Assembly (NCBI GenBank): GCA_050084515.1
Contig: CM114271.1
Location: forward strand, 43,400,001-43,464,000
Reading direction: 5' to 3'
Length of the DNA: 64,000 bases
DNA from: Blasia pusilla
Taxonomy: Eukaryota
Both the position numbers and the translations under genes were made by a program. Under the pieces are notes generated by a model. It did not search any database, was not told the DNA's origin, and was given only the letters and a program-made list of their open reading frames with translations. Positions 38,201 to 54,939 of the stretch are shown piece by piece; position 1 is the first letter of the stretch, and every line of letters starts with the position of its first letter.

Positions 38201-38286
38201 TAAAGAGGCCTATTTAGAAATGATAGTTTGTAGGGGGCCGCTATAGGGGTAGTAAATGGGTAGAGGGCCTCTTAAGCAACTACCTC
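38201..38286 (-). repeat. MULE right TIR (86 bp)
   Basis: Reverse complement of 24239-24324. Confidence 0.95.
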
Positions 38287-38712
38287 TAGTGGAGACGTAG
38301 ATGGGTTGATGATATCATCTAATTAGTTGTGTATGACTAGTGCATATTTGTTTATTTCACATATCTAAATTAATATAATAGAATTAAAACTAACCAAGGA
38401 GATTCTTTTGTCACGGGTGATTTCACTTGTGCAAAGCACAAACATTATATTACTTTTATTGTAAGAAATCCAACAATGGGGGAGTCTTCTCCTTAAGTGA
38501 TTACTTTTTGGATTTTTGATCATACTAGTGACGTGTTGGTATATAGCAAGCACAGCCACATTTAACAAGAGTCCTATGTAAAAAAATTTCCATTAAAATG
38601 GGTCACCCATGAAAAAAATGAAATTTAAGTAGACAATATCATTTTTAGGATGGACAATGGAAAATTCTCCCATTCCATTAGTATATAGATATACTATTAT
38701 TTGTTTTATACA

Positions 38713-39517
38713 TGTGAAGTTATGGATTTTTAGATGAGATTTCTAAAGGCGGGAAAGTCCGGCGGTTAAAAACTAGGCTAGATTTTCGTCGTTGGTATAT
38801 CCAAACCGAAAATCTTCAGGTCAAAGTTTTGGGATGAGAGTATTTTAGGATTGATCTCAGTAAGATGATCTCCAATGTCCCCTACCCCTAAATTAGGAAA
38901 ATTTCCCTAGCACCAACTTTGACCTTATCCATTTGCCACTTTTTCGTAAGTGGTGAACCAATCAGGTCAAATCTTTGTGTCTCATGACATGATTGCTAGC
39001 TTTGCTATAGAGGTACCATTCCTCTTGTCCAAATTTTGCTACAAGAAGGCAAGCAAAGAGCTTGAAAGGATTTTTGGTTGAATCTAGTGAGGACAGTTTA
39101 ACTGATTCGGTCACAAATCCTTTTCCTGCTCCTCAAGTCCTCTTGGGTGCTTTCCTTGAAGGGTAACTCTCTAGATTGGATCAAGATTAGCAATCATGTG
39201 TCATGTGGTTTGATCTTCTAGACTTCTATTCATGGTGCATGAGCCCTTACTTCTTGATTATGGCCTACCCCTCTGTAGGCTATAGAGTCAATTTGATAGG
39301 CATTCTCTAGTGTTTATTTGGCCACTTGTAACTCAACTCATGCGGGCATCGCTCCACAAAATTCTTGCTATAGGCCTCTCTTCATGTGACAACAATGATC
39401 ATGGGCATGTTGCATGGTTGTTTTGACTGCTCAAGTCTCGACTTTGTCTTCAAGATTGCACGGAAACAGACTTATCCATCTATAAGACGGACAAGTCCAA
39501 CAAGCCCACATGAGTTG
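38713..39517 (-). repeat. probable distal part of the gypsy 3' LTR, separated from the rest by the CACTA insertion (left boundary uncertain)
   Basis: Removing the CACTA element and one TTG joins AAGCCCACATGAGTTG to CCCAACGGG. Similar GCCCACRYGAG-like motifs recur at about 59630 and 59775. The left TG boundary (38713 or ~38790) is a guess. Confidence 0.45.
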
Positions 39518-41352
39518 CACTAGAAGAAATCGTTGGTTTTATGACTAGGTTATATGACTCATATGAGTCACACTTTACATACCACGACTTACGATGACTG
39601 ACGACTACTTAAGACACAAATGCCAAGTCATATTTGTCAGGCGACTAGACTAACTAGGATGGTCGGCTTAGGTGGACGCTGGTATATGACTAGGGGGTGT
39701 AGTCATGTGGCTATGATTGACACGTCACTTAGATGACGTGGAATAATGACACGTCTACGTATGACATGGACTAATTGGTGTGACATGTCACCGATGATGT
39801 GGACTATGGAAGACATCTTTTGTAGTCATAAAAATAGTATTTGTTTAGTTGCCACCAATGACTACATTAGTCATGTTTAGTCATGTAAAAGTACACAATA
39901 TCCAATGATAATGTGACATGTGTACGCCATAGGTGAGGAATCCACTTGGCGGGCATCGTCATATCTCTACCAATCATTAAATTTCGGATTTCGTCGTAGC
40001 TAGCAACTCTTGTAGCCATTTCAACTTTTTCCCATATTGTAATGTACTTGTGTAGTCATGTTTAGTCACTCGCCGAGTAGTGACACATGACTAGAGTAGA
40101 AGGCCCTACAACAGGTGTAGACACAACAATATGACCATGGTAGTTGCGGATAGAATACAATGAGTCCTATAGTCATTGCAATAGGACTAAATGAGTCATT
40201 TTATAGTGACTAGATAATAATGAAAGCTCACTGCCCCAAGAATATTGATATGACTGGTAGTGAATGTAGATTTCTATTTTGGAGTTTTTGATAAGTTAAT
40301 TAATGCATGTCAATATTGGAGTTTGTGATGAGTTGCAATTGGATCTGAATTATTGAACCTCTCATGTCCAATTCTGTTTTGAATTGCAACACCAAAACAT
40401 ACACCTAAGCATAAAATACAGTTTTGAAGAATGGCACACAAGTAGCAACATAGTAACTCAACTACAAGGGGATGAAATGAAAAAAGAACAAAATATGAAA
40501 GTTTTGAAAGTAAGATCCGATATCAAAACTAGCACGGTTTCCGATTCTCATATCCAACAAACCAGAAAGAGGTCTTTAGTTATTAAAGTCACCTCAAAAG
40601 AGAAGTCTATGCACCTCAAGTAGTTGGGTGCCAAAATGGAAAACTACTCTACTGAATCACCTTTCTCATGTGCATCTCTCGCCAGAGCATGCTTGATCCA
40701 AGACTATCACCAAATTTTTTTGTGCAGGGTGATCTATCAAATTTGGCATGCTCAGGCTGAAATACTTCATTAAGATCAATACCAACCATGCCAAGTGGGA
40801 TGTGCTTGGCATGAAACTTGTCCCTTCCACTAAAACCTGAGATGACCCTTGACCCAAACACCATCCAACTAACTTCGGCTTTGTAAGTAGTACATGATCT
40901 CCAATTTGCAGCTACAAGAATAAAAAGAACGAGCACTTAGTTAGTATCAGATGGAAATTCTGCTCCCGTGCATGTGCACCATAAATCTGAAAATAATTTG
41001 ATATGAATTACCTATTTGGAAGATCATGTGAAAAGTTGACAAGTCCTAGACGACCATGTGACTCTCCACAAAAAGAAACATCAGTGTTGTCATTTGAAAC
41101 TTGAATAGGAGAGGCCATTGTAGGAGAGAGAATTTACCTTGTTTCTTTTCTTGGATGAATCGGATCTGATTTCACTCTTGTGCTCATTAGCTACATCATA
41201 TTGAAGCCTAGACTTCCGTCTTTTGGCTGGTGATGACTTAGCTTGGTTGTCCATACTCAGGTTTTCTGCACATAATTTTCATAAAATTTTGTAAGATTAA
41301 ATGTATACTTTTTTGTTGATGGATACATAACAATGAGAAAATGAACCATTCA

Positions 41353-42290
41353 TATGTTATGTGCAAATCACGGGGCATAGCAAATCTGGAAGTTATCAAC
41401 TATCATCTGTACATGGAGAACTAATCAGCCTACATAACCTGCACTTTGCCAACCACCATATAATAACCCAAAATCAGAAACTTAGTCTCAACCATGTATA
41501 ACATTGATGTGGTATCAACTAAGAAACTAGATCCTGTAAAATCTGCACGACATGGATCACCGTAACGCTTTTCTAAATCAAAAACTTAGACTAAGGAGAA
41601 GTTTATGAGTCATTCAATAAAATTTCTGGTTTACTCAGACTTGGAACTACATTCTGTAAAAATTGGTCTCAAATTAAGCACCATGATAATTTTGTAAATA
41701 AGAACTCTTATGAACCAAGAGTGGAGCCACAATGAACATACATCTGGACTTAAAGTGCCAAGTGAGTAGCCTAGAAAATGTGGTATTAGACAATCAACAA
41801 ATCATCAATCTAAAGCAACAAACGGTATACTAAATAATCCAGGGGCTACTATAACATAGAAGGGGTGTTATGTGCAAAACACGGGGCCTATCAAATCTGG
41901 AAGTTATCAACTATTATCTGCACTTGGAGAAGTTATCAGCCTACATAACCTGCACTTTGACAACCACCATATAATAAGTCAAAACTAGAAACTTAGTCTC
42001 ATTCATGTAGAACACTGATGTGGTATAAAATAAAAAGTAAAGCTTGTAAAACATGCACTACATGGATCACCGTAACGTTTTTCCAACTCAAAAACAGAGA
42101 CTAAGGAGAAGTTTATGATCCATTCGATCAAAGTTCTGGTGTACTCACACCTGGAACTACAGCCTATAAAAACTAGTCTAAAATAGAGCGCCATGCCAAT
42201 TTTGGAAATCAGATACTCTTACCGAACATGAACATACATCTGGACTTAAAGTGCCAAGCGAATAGTCTAGGAAATCTAATATTAGACAAA
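41353..42290. repeat. ~510-bp tandem duplication inside CACTA
   Basis: TGTTATGTGCAAA.CACGGGGC..CAAATCTGGAAGTTATCAACTA.. at about 41355 and 41866, with homology continuing for about 430 bp. Confidence 0.85.
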
Positions 42291-44333
42291 TAGAAAGTCA
42301 TTTCTTCCAAGTTACCAATATAAACGAAACAATCAAGTTTATTAACTGAAGTTGAGTGAGTTGATCAACCTTGAATTAAAGGAAGTGAGACTACTGAGAC
42401 ATAAGCTTATAACGAAAGTTATCGTTGGGCAGTATGACCTATTGGTATCTGTACAATGAAAGCATGGGTGTTGCTTGGTTCTTCATAACCTTCCCCACAC
42501 AAAAATTTGAGTTCCTTACCGGTCAAGTCACAAGCTCTGGCCATAGTTGCATCTTGAATTGTACAAGCAACTTTCCACTTGCTCTCCTATGTTTCCTAAT
42601 CTAGGAGTCCACTTGCCAAAATAAGATTAATGAGGAGATCTACTGGCAACACACTCTAAATTACTACAATGGTTTTTTTCCATACTTCGAACTAAACTAC
42701 TTGTTATGAGCCTATGATAGACAAGTGCCATCAGACTTGCCAGGTTTTGCAACGTAAGGCCATGACATTATCCACAAATATGAAATATGGGTGTGATTTC
42801 TGAGCATCTACCTTGGAAAGATCAACGGACAGGCTTTGAAATTGAGTTTCCAACACCCATGGGATTCTAATCTTTCCAGTCATCCCAAGCTCTTGATTTG
42901 TATTCTACTGCCTCATGGTCATCATGACTGTCATCGTTCTTATGTTTACCTTCAATGTGCCAAGAATGGTTTGCTGCTTCATATGCCAGTCTCTAGTTTT
43001 GGTTATTCCACTTTTGCATCATCTCCATCTCTACTAAATCATTCTTTTCAATACTCATCGTGGGTAGTCTGCAACAAGAATAATGAACACTCTTCAGAAG
43101 ATGTATATGTGAGAATATTTCACCAACTTGAACATCAATAACAGACTATCTATCAAGGATATTTCTATACTAACCTTAACAGAACAACAAGTCAAAAAAG
43201 GATATTAATTGTCTTCCCATAAAACTTCTGTCTATAAGCAGAGATGGAATGGAAAATTATGGCCTGGTTGGAAGACCTGAGCCACCATCCTTCCCCTTTC
43301 AATTGATAGACTTCCATCGATCACGAAGGCTAGGCCAAATAATAAGGTTGTCGCTGCTATGGGACGGGATTATGATATATCTCTCGTATTACTTCAACTC
43401 TCCCTTCTATGACATCTTGGCCATATACGACAGTTACAAGTGGCTGATCTTGTATGATTATCCTTGCTCTGGATGCTTCCTCTTTATGCCATAACTCTGC
43501 TCTTGATTTTCGTTCATCTAGAATATTTCTAGTGAGAATCTCATGACCTCCCTGCAAACGGAGATGGTAAAAAGCATATACAATAAAAAATAGACCTAGA
43601 AAAATTTATGACATGAAAAAAAATTTGACGAGATTATGGTTTATCTTGCTATCTAATTCTTGAATAGCAACCAGCATATCTTCCTCCTTTTCTAGCATAT
43701 CCAAGAGATCGAAAGCCCGTTGATAAAAACATGTCAGACATACAAGAATGAGGAAGCTGAAAAGAAGAATTTACAAACCTAGAAGGCTGCTACTTTAATA
43801 GATAAGTTTGATAACTATAGGGTTTATAATGGAATGACTCAAGCAGCAGCTAGAAACCACAAATTTACTCAATGATTGGCAGGAAAGAGAGCATGTGAAG
43901 AGATGTAACTTCTAATCAAACTTCTAGGCACCCTGCTCATGTTTTTGACATAATCAAAATTCTCCTCCTCTATAATAGAGAAGGATGGATCATACTCATC
44001 TTGCACAATGAAAAAAAAATCTAGGCAAAGCGAGTCTGCATAGAATAAAGTGAAATCGTGGATCAATAGAAGATGGAACATCAAGTTTTTGGAAGACTGT
44101 AAGTTGGTGGCAAAAATCAACCATGTACACACCAAGGAGGTATAAAACAACCACAAACTGTATTACTTCACAATAAGTTGGAGCGCGGAGTTCAGACCTA
44201 ATTTGAATTGTATTAGTTTAGTTTTTGCAACAGAAGGAAATTCATAAGAAAATATGATAGTTCTATCCCATTATACTTGCCTCGTGTTCTTCCTCTTCAT
44301 CCTCATCTGGTAAATCCTCCTCACCATGCTCTA

Positions 44334-44406
44334 CATAAGTGGTTTTGGGAGTGGCCTGTATGGAGTGTTTAGGGTCCATACAGGCCCTAACGGCGGTCCC
44401 TTCTCT
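44334..44406 (+). mobile_element. 73-bp retroposed insertion (hairpin + TC tail) with TSD CTCTA
   Basis: 12-bp perfect stem GGCCTGTATGGA/TCCATACAGGCC, TC tail, and CTCTA at 44329-44333 and 44407-44411. Removal restores the minus frame SSRRLEHGEEDLPDEDEEEE. Confidence 0.65.
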
Positions 44407-45181
44407 CTCTAATCTTCTGGAGCTTAGTGTATGCTGCCTTCAGCCTTCAGCCTTCTAAACCGAGCCACTTGCATTGAAACCTCACCTGATCTAAGTATTA
44501 GATACTGTTCAAATCTGTGTAACCTTCCGCAAGTGGTCACATATTGCCATGCTAGAAATGGAAGATTGAACAGACATGTTAGGAACACACTACTGGCGTT
44601 ACAACTACTTGAAGGATGTCCACATCCACTTGTACAATAATCTATCATAATGGCAAGAATTGAAAGTTGAAAAAAAGAAGACTTGTCGTCCATTAGTAGG
44701 GATAGCAGTTCTCAAGACTGAAAGAATCATGGGACACTTGACAGATGAATTGCTAAAACAAATAGGATGGAGCATACATCCCTTGAGCAGGTACTCCCAA
44801 TTCAGACTTTCAATCTGTATGACATTTTTATTGATCACTCCAGTGTGCCTCTCAAGGTTGACACTGACGTTAGATAGTGGAGTCTTCTGCCTGTGCAAGA
44901 GAGGGGAATGCAAGGAGTTCTTGCCACGGTTTCCCTTATCACTCCAGGAACTTGTCATAGCTTCCACATCGAACGCGTTCTCTTACTCTTGATCCATTAA
45001 GCCGTCCCTTCCTTCCTCCCCGCCCTCACGACTCGACGTAATTCTAGAAGCATCAGATGTTCCTCCTCACCTGATCCCAGCTAAGAGGGAGGCATTCAAG
45101 TCCAGCAGAAACTCTACCACGATGACAACCTTTTCTTGAAGCATCAAAGACACAATGTTCCCACAATTTTGATTTGATGTT

Positions 45182-45183
<2 letters not shown>

Positions 45184-45248
<65 letters not shown>
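45184..45248. repeat. (GT)n microsatellite, ~32 units
   Basis: Direct reading. Confidence 0.99.
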
Positions 45249-45250
<2 letters not shown>

Positions 45251-45323
45251 GAAGGTACCATATGAGAGGAGGGAGACACTCTCATATAGTGTGAGTGCGG
45301 ACCAAACAACGTGTTTGTGTGTG

Positions 45324-45326
<3 letters not shown>

Positions 45327-45408
<82 letters not shown>
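45327..45408. repeat. (GT)n microsatellite, ~41 units
   Basis: Direct reading. Confidence 0.99.
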
Positions 45409-45409
<1 letters not shown>

Positions 45410-48400
45410 AACCAAGAAACTCTTCACCACACCATCTACTTTACGATTGGGATCCCCAATCAACCAAGACATTACAATAGACATTACCAATGCAAAGACT
45501 TTGGGCAATGAATCAAGGCTACTGAATCTGTTGAAGAATTCTTGTGCTACCCGCTTAGCAATATCAACATATGATCTTGCTCTGTGTGTTGTGAATTTTG
45601 CGCAAGAGACCAAGTAATGACTAGAGGTTTCGTCCCCATCGTCACACAAGGCGCAAGAGTTTAGTTGTGTTCCCATCTTGCTTTTCTTATGGTTCAAGGG
45701 GATTGCCCTCGTCCTGAACTTGAACTTGAGCCGGGTTTCCAAGCAAGGGGTTCCCCGCAAATAGTTCTTCAGTTCTGCCCTCTCGGGATATACCGTCAAA
45801 AGAGAGAGGTCAGACATTTTCATGGCTTCCTCCGTGTTCTGCTATGAGCGTTTGCCCACTTCTTTGGTTATGATATCCACGAATGCTTTCTCATCTTGCT
45901 CCCACGGTTCAGGCCCTGCTGGGAGCTTGGAAGCTTGCACAATCTCTTGAACCTTTTTCGTCCAAGATTTGGCTCGCTTTACGGGTCTTCTTTGGGTCCA
46001 GGTTTTCCCCATCACCTCTTTAGGATAGCGATGGGAGTCCATTGTCTCCAGCTACCTCCGCCATTTCAACTTGGCAATGTCACGTCTATCCTCCAAGGGT
46101 TCCACACCTAGTTCTGATCTCACACCAACTCGCGCTATTCGTGATGAGGTTGACATCATACCCTGAAACGCCTTCAGCTGTATAGCTTCAAGCCTATCCC
46201 TTTGTTTGGTGTTGGCATCCCACACTGCTGCCCCGTATTCCAGCAAGGGATGAAAGGTATGCAAAATGACATAGCGCTTTACTTCTGATGTGATATCCTG
46301 GTAGTGTAGGAATGTGGACAGACCGTTCACCTTCTTGTGGCCTTTCTCAGTAGTCTTCTTAATGTGTGCATCCCACATGAAATCTTCCAAGAATTCTACG
46401 CCTAGATAGGTGTATGTAGCCACACAGGGGATCTCTTGTTCGCCCTAGTACCACTCTTGGTCTTGGTCCTCCTCCTTACCATTGAAAATCATCACACCGC
46501 ACTTCAGTACATTTGCCTCATGCCCCACATGTCACACCATATTTTGGTCAGGGAGATCATCTCTTGGAGTTTCTCTCCTATTTCCTCGAGGCCACCAAAG
46601 TCATTAGCAAACATTAGGGCAATAATAGAGTTGTTGCCCACCCGTATGCCTAGTCCACTATCCTCCATTTCTTCCAATAGGGAATTCACAAAAATGATGA
46701 AGAGAGTGGGGGAGAGCGGGCATCCTTGAGCCACTCCTTGCTTGATGTCGAATGTCCTACTCTTTTGGCCATTCACCAGAACTCTACTCCTTGTGTTCTA
46801 GTACATCTTCTCCACCACCCTCCACATTTTCCCTCTCAGCCCCGCCTTCCACAAGCTATAAGATAGCCCGTCACGCCATACAGTGTCATATGCCTTCTTG
46901 AGGTCCAAGAAGAAGCAGTAGGTGGATTTCCCCTCTTTTTTCCTACCGTGGATAATCTGACTGAAGGTGAAGATGTGATCCACGTATCCTCGGGCTTGCC
47001 GGAAGCCAGCCTGGCCTTCCTTGATGACAGAATTCTCCTCCAGGTACACAGAGATCCTATTGTTGAGTATACGACAAAGGAGCTTCCCGACTACACTCGG
47101 CAATGTAATACCCTTGTAGTTTCCAAGGTCTTCTTGCTCACCCTTCTTGAAGAGGTTCACGATGACTCCCACCCGCCATCTTTGTGGGATGACTTCTGCC
47201 CGCCAGACCAGGTTGAAGAGACTTACTAGAGAACGAGCCATAGTAGCATCGCCATACTTCAACAACTCATTCACAAGCTCATCACCACCGCCTGCTTTGT
47301 GGTTCACAAGTTCTTTGATCGCTGATCCCACCTTATCCTGGGAGATCCAATCGTCATATAGGTTGCCTAGCTCAACCTCATCATCTACCTTCTCCCGTTG
47401 TATCTTAACAAAATCCTCCACCACCCTCTCGAAGTTCTGCTCTTCAAGGGATGTCCGAGCGGGCTTCTTGCCTAACTCCTTGTAATGGTCTTCCAACACA
47501 TGTTGGATCTGTTTAGCCGTGGTCACCATTCCACCTTCTTTTCTCTTCAAGGCCTTTACGTCGTTTTTGTCCCTGGCCTTGTTCAATTTCTGCACTTCCA
47601 TCTAGAACTTTTTCTGATTCTCAGTGAAATTCTCATTGATGGATGAGTATGTCACTTGGTTCAATTTCTTCTTGTGCATGCGCACGAGAAGACGGGTTTC
47701 CTTGCATAGGGCCACATACTCTGCCCACAAGGATGCATCGTCCCTGGCTTTGGCACTTGTTACATACGCTTCACTTTGTTTGGCAATGGCTGCCCTGATT
47801 CCCAAGGACCACCATTTGACGACTCTGCCGCATATTATCAATTTCGTGACAACAGAAATCTCGGCAGCATCTGTCACTCCACGCTCCCACCATGCTAGCA
47901 CCATGTCCACAGTTGTTCTTGTGAACCCAAAGGTCTTGACGGTAGATGCAATGAAAGTATCAAATGCCAAAAGATTTTCTTCCAGCTTGCCAATGTACAC
48001 CTTCTTGTTGCCCTCATCTTGGAAGTCCTCTATCCTCCATTTCTTAATCACTCTCTTCACTGGTTTGGTCAAGCATTTTAGCCTTTGCTGCAACTCTATC
48101 CAAAAATGACTGATCTGATCTTCCAATGTCTGTCGCATCCATTGTGATCTTCCCAGTGCGTGCGTAGAGTTCCTCATCCACAGCTATGTAGTCCACAATG
48201 GAGCTTTCATTCTCCTTGAAGTTGACCCTAGTCCAAGCCGGGGAACCCACCTTATGCCTATCATTCAGTGCCATCAGTTGTAGTTCCCTCAACATCGTGA
48301 TCAGCCGTGTGCCATTGCCATTCACTCTCACATCTCCAAACATCCCGATCTCCGCTTGGGAATCGGTGCCTTGCCCCACCCAGCTATTGAAGTCTCCCAG

Positions 48401-50025
48401 AAAGACTATGTTCCCCTTTGTCTGGAACCCAAGGCAATCAGTTTTTACACTATCAAAATTTGCCTCTGTTATAGCAGCAGATTCACTGTTTGTAGGCATG
48501 TAAATACACCCAATATACATATCCCTCGAGTTGCACTCTGCTCAGACTTTGACCCATATGCTGTGTTCATACTCGAGCCCTATGCTGATGATCTCACACC
48601 TCTCCATCATGAAGTCTCTGATGAAGAACCCGACACCCTTCATACCTCTATTGTTGTCCGCTTGGGTGCTGCACATCTTTCCAAACCATGCATAGTGCGG
48701 TACATGGGGTATCTCCATTAACTTGGTTTCCCAAGTTTCCTGACCATCGCATATATGTATTTGATTTTTCAGCAAAACTTCAGCAACCTCCAGCTGCTTC
48801 ATTGCATGGGTCAGTCCACAAAAGTTCCAGGTACCCAAACGGAGACCTGTCACTAAGTGGGTTGGGGGTCGGCGGGCACGCTTTTGGCGTAGGTGTGGTT
48901 GCTTGCAACATGGAACCTCTTCATGAGCATGCTCGTCATTGCTGGTTCCTTGGAGAGCACTAAAGATATTAGGTGTGTAGATCACCAACAGTTTTGTGGA
49001 GATGGGCCTTTCCTTTAGCTCGAACCACCCTTAACTACCATAGCCCTCCAGTTGTAGGCACGTCTCAATTCTTGAGACACCTGGTTTTTATGGCAAGCCA
49101 AGTATTGGCCTCCTCTGCCCTTGATATATGGACGCCTTGAAGATAGGGTTTAGGGTCTTGAAGATAGGATACATTGACGGCCATTCATCATCCGAGTAAC
49201 TCCAGCAGTAGCCAGGAATTCAAAGCCCAAAGATGCGCACATGATCTTAAATGAGACGAAGTCTATTGTGGGACGTACACCAAAAATGATCATGTGGAAC
49301 CATTGTCTCCTCCTATAGACCAGATTGAACTCTCTACCCACATCCGAACTGCAGGGGGCCTTTGATCATCTCACATAAACATGCCGGTATTCCCCGCCCA
49401 GCTTGGGGATGCTGAGCTTTGGTATGTGCCTTTGATAGGTGAACTGATACTCCTCACAAGCTTGGGAGGATAGAGATATATTGGGCTCAAGGCCACTGAT
49501 TATATGTAGAGGTTTGGCAAACAACTGATTTAGGATCTGGGGAGAATGTTTAAGCTCCCAGACCGAGAGTCTAGACAGGGACTCGCTGTCCTATTTGTAC
49601 GGAGGGGTTGCCTCCAAGCGGCAGGGTGCCCAAAGAGAGCCCGCTTGTTACCCCCAAAGATCATCACTACCTACCAAGGTGAACAGTCGTGGCATTAAGC
49701 TGCAGAGGAGGGCCCGTGAATCCAGCTTCAAAAGAAGGAGAGGTCTCCATTTCTCCAACTAAGTCCACTAGACACTTTACTTGTGGCACAACTGCCACAA
49801 GTCACATGGATTACAGGACACACTAATCCACGCCTACCAACCAGGGGAACGACATCGCAAGCTCACTACAGGTTCCAACTACAGCAATAGGCAACTCGAT
49901 AGAGAGTATTGCTATATAGCTTGCACGCGGTTCACTCATTATAAGCTACCCAGGAGCAGTGCTTTAGAACATGTCGTCCCAACATACCAGGTCTGTCGAG
50001 ACTTGTAGTTTTGGGGTTTAAACCC

Positions 50026-53700
<3,675 letters not shown>

Positions 53701-54939
53701 TCTAGAGAAAACATAGTCGTGTCTATGGAGTCAGAGGGAGGTCAGAGCTTGAGAATCGTCTCAACATCCCTGGCTTTTTCCCGTTCCATGGTTAGGCAGG
53801 ATCGTCCAGGGAGGTGCAGCTCAATTTTGTTGGGAGCTCCTGGTCCCTGAGTAGAGAGAAGGGTATGAAGTAGGGAGACTCTGAAAACGGGGTTGGAATT
53901 TGACATAAAAGTTGGACCATCTCTAAGAAAACTCGAAGTTATGGAGAAGGAGACAAGTCGAGCATGGAAATCGATTTGAAATCTGAGTCAGTCCGTTCTT
54001 TCTTGTGGCGGATAGGGTCGCCCAAGGATGTAGATATAGATTGTGCAAAAATATCCTGACCCATAAGCCCAAATGCGATTTTACCGACTGAAATCTCACA
54101 GAACTGAGAAGAAGAGAGACAAGGAAACAGGTCGAACTACAAAATCGTGTCAAAATCTTGTTCAGTCTGTTTTTTTCCTTTGGTAGACAGGATCGCCCAA
54201 GGCAGTAGAAATCACCTGTGCAAAAATTGGGTAACCCATGAAGACCATTTCGATTTTGCAGTCTGAAATTTGACGAAACTAGTCAAAAAAATAAAAAACG
54301 ACAGAGTGGCTCGGACCGCAAATTGCGGAGCGAACCCTAAGGAAGCAACAAAAAGGGAGCACAGAGACAGAGAGAGAGAGAGAGCAGGTTTTAAATGTAT
54401 ACACTCACCCCATACGATAGAGTTTCTTCCTCGGACGGGTAGTGTTTCTTCCTCGGATGTAGACTCTATCCACGCCTTTGTCATAAAAAGCTCCTCGCAT
54501 TGCACATCATGCTCACAATCTCCCCGCCTTCTACATCAAGCTCAAAGCACCATACACACGTCGAGAATGTACTGAAGCTCCACACTATACGCACTCTCCT
54601 TGGACCGCAAGCTCTCTCAAAACCTTTCCTTATCTTTCTTACACTCGGACCTCTTGTTGGTAGGAAGAAGAGCGGGAATGTGCAAGAGGAGAACAGACCT
54701 TCCAAAACACGAAGGAGCTAAATGAAGCGCCAAGTATGGAATTTGACATGGCAAGTAACCTAGGATTGAACATGCCACATCAACCTAGGGCCCCACCACT
54801 AAGTCACCTAGGATCCATAGAAGGAGAGAATTTCTAGCTAAATACAATAAGGGCCCTTTCACAACAGGAATTGGCAACCATAACTTGTCGGCTTTTCAGC
54901 CTCAACAACTATTCAGCCACATCGACTCAGTTATAAATG

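Larger units (their letters stand above)
24239..38286 (+). mobile_element. Mutator-like element (MULE), 14048 bp, with TIRs and 10-bp TSD
   Basis: TIRs 24239-24324 and 38201-38286 (GAGGTAGTTGCTTAAGAGGCCC...). TSD TAGTGGAGTC (24229-24238) / TAGTGGAGAC (38287-38296). Contains a MULE transposase. Confidence 0.95.
24115..38689 (-). mobile_element. possible short non-autonomous Helitron (~0.5 kb net) into which the MULE inserted
   Basis: The minus-strand 5' end reads A|TCTATATACTAATGG at 38689. The minus-strand 3' end has a CGCCGGCG palindrome then TTAG|T at 24115, a non-canonical CTRR. No coding evidence. Confidence 0.3.
40649..45180 (-). pseudogene. decayed multi-exon TnpA-like (En/Spm ORF2) gene; an upstream exon probably lies at ~54410-54700
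   Basis: Last exon GRDKFHAKHIPLGMVGIDLNEV..FGDSLGSSMLW resembles the Tnp1/En/Spm C-terminal domain. RGKNSLHSPLL..VSVNLERHTG (~44850-44940) resembles TnpA N-termini. Several short exon-like segments have GT/AG borders and stops. Confidence 0.5.

Noticed and set aside
45053-45617. His/Thr- and Cys/Val-repeat proteins
   Set aside because: These are translations of (CA)n/(GT)n microsatellites.
53770-53850. HDV-like ribozyme at the 5' end of the second LINE
   Set aside because: I could not fit P1/P3/L3/P1.1 pairing by eye. The segment also resembles a local ~175-bp repeat (53799, 54015, 54190).
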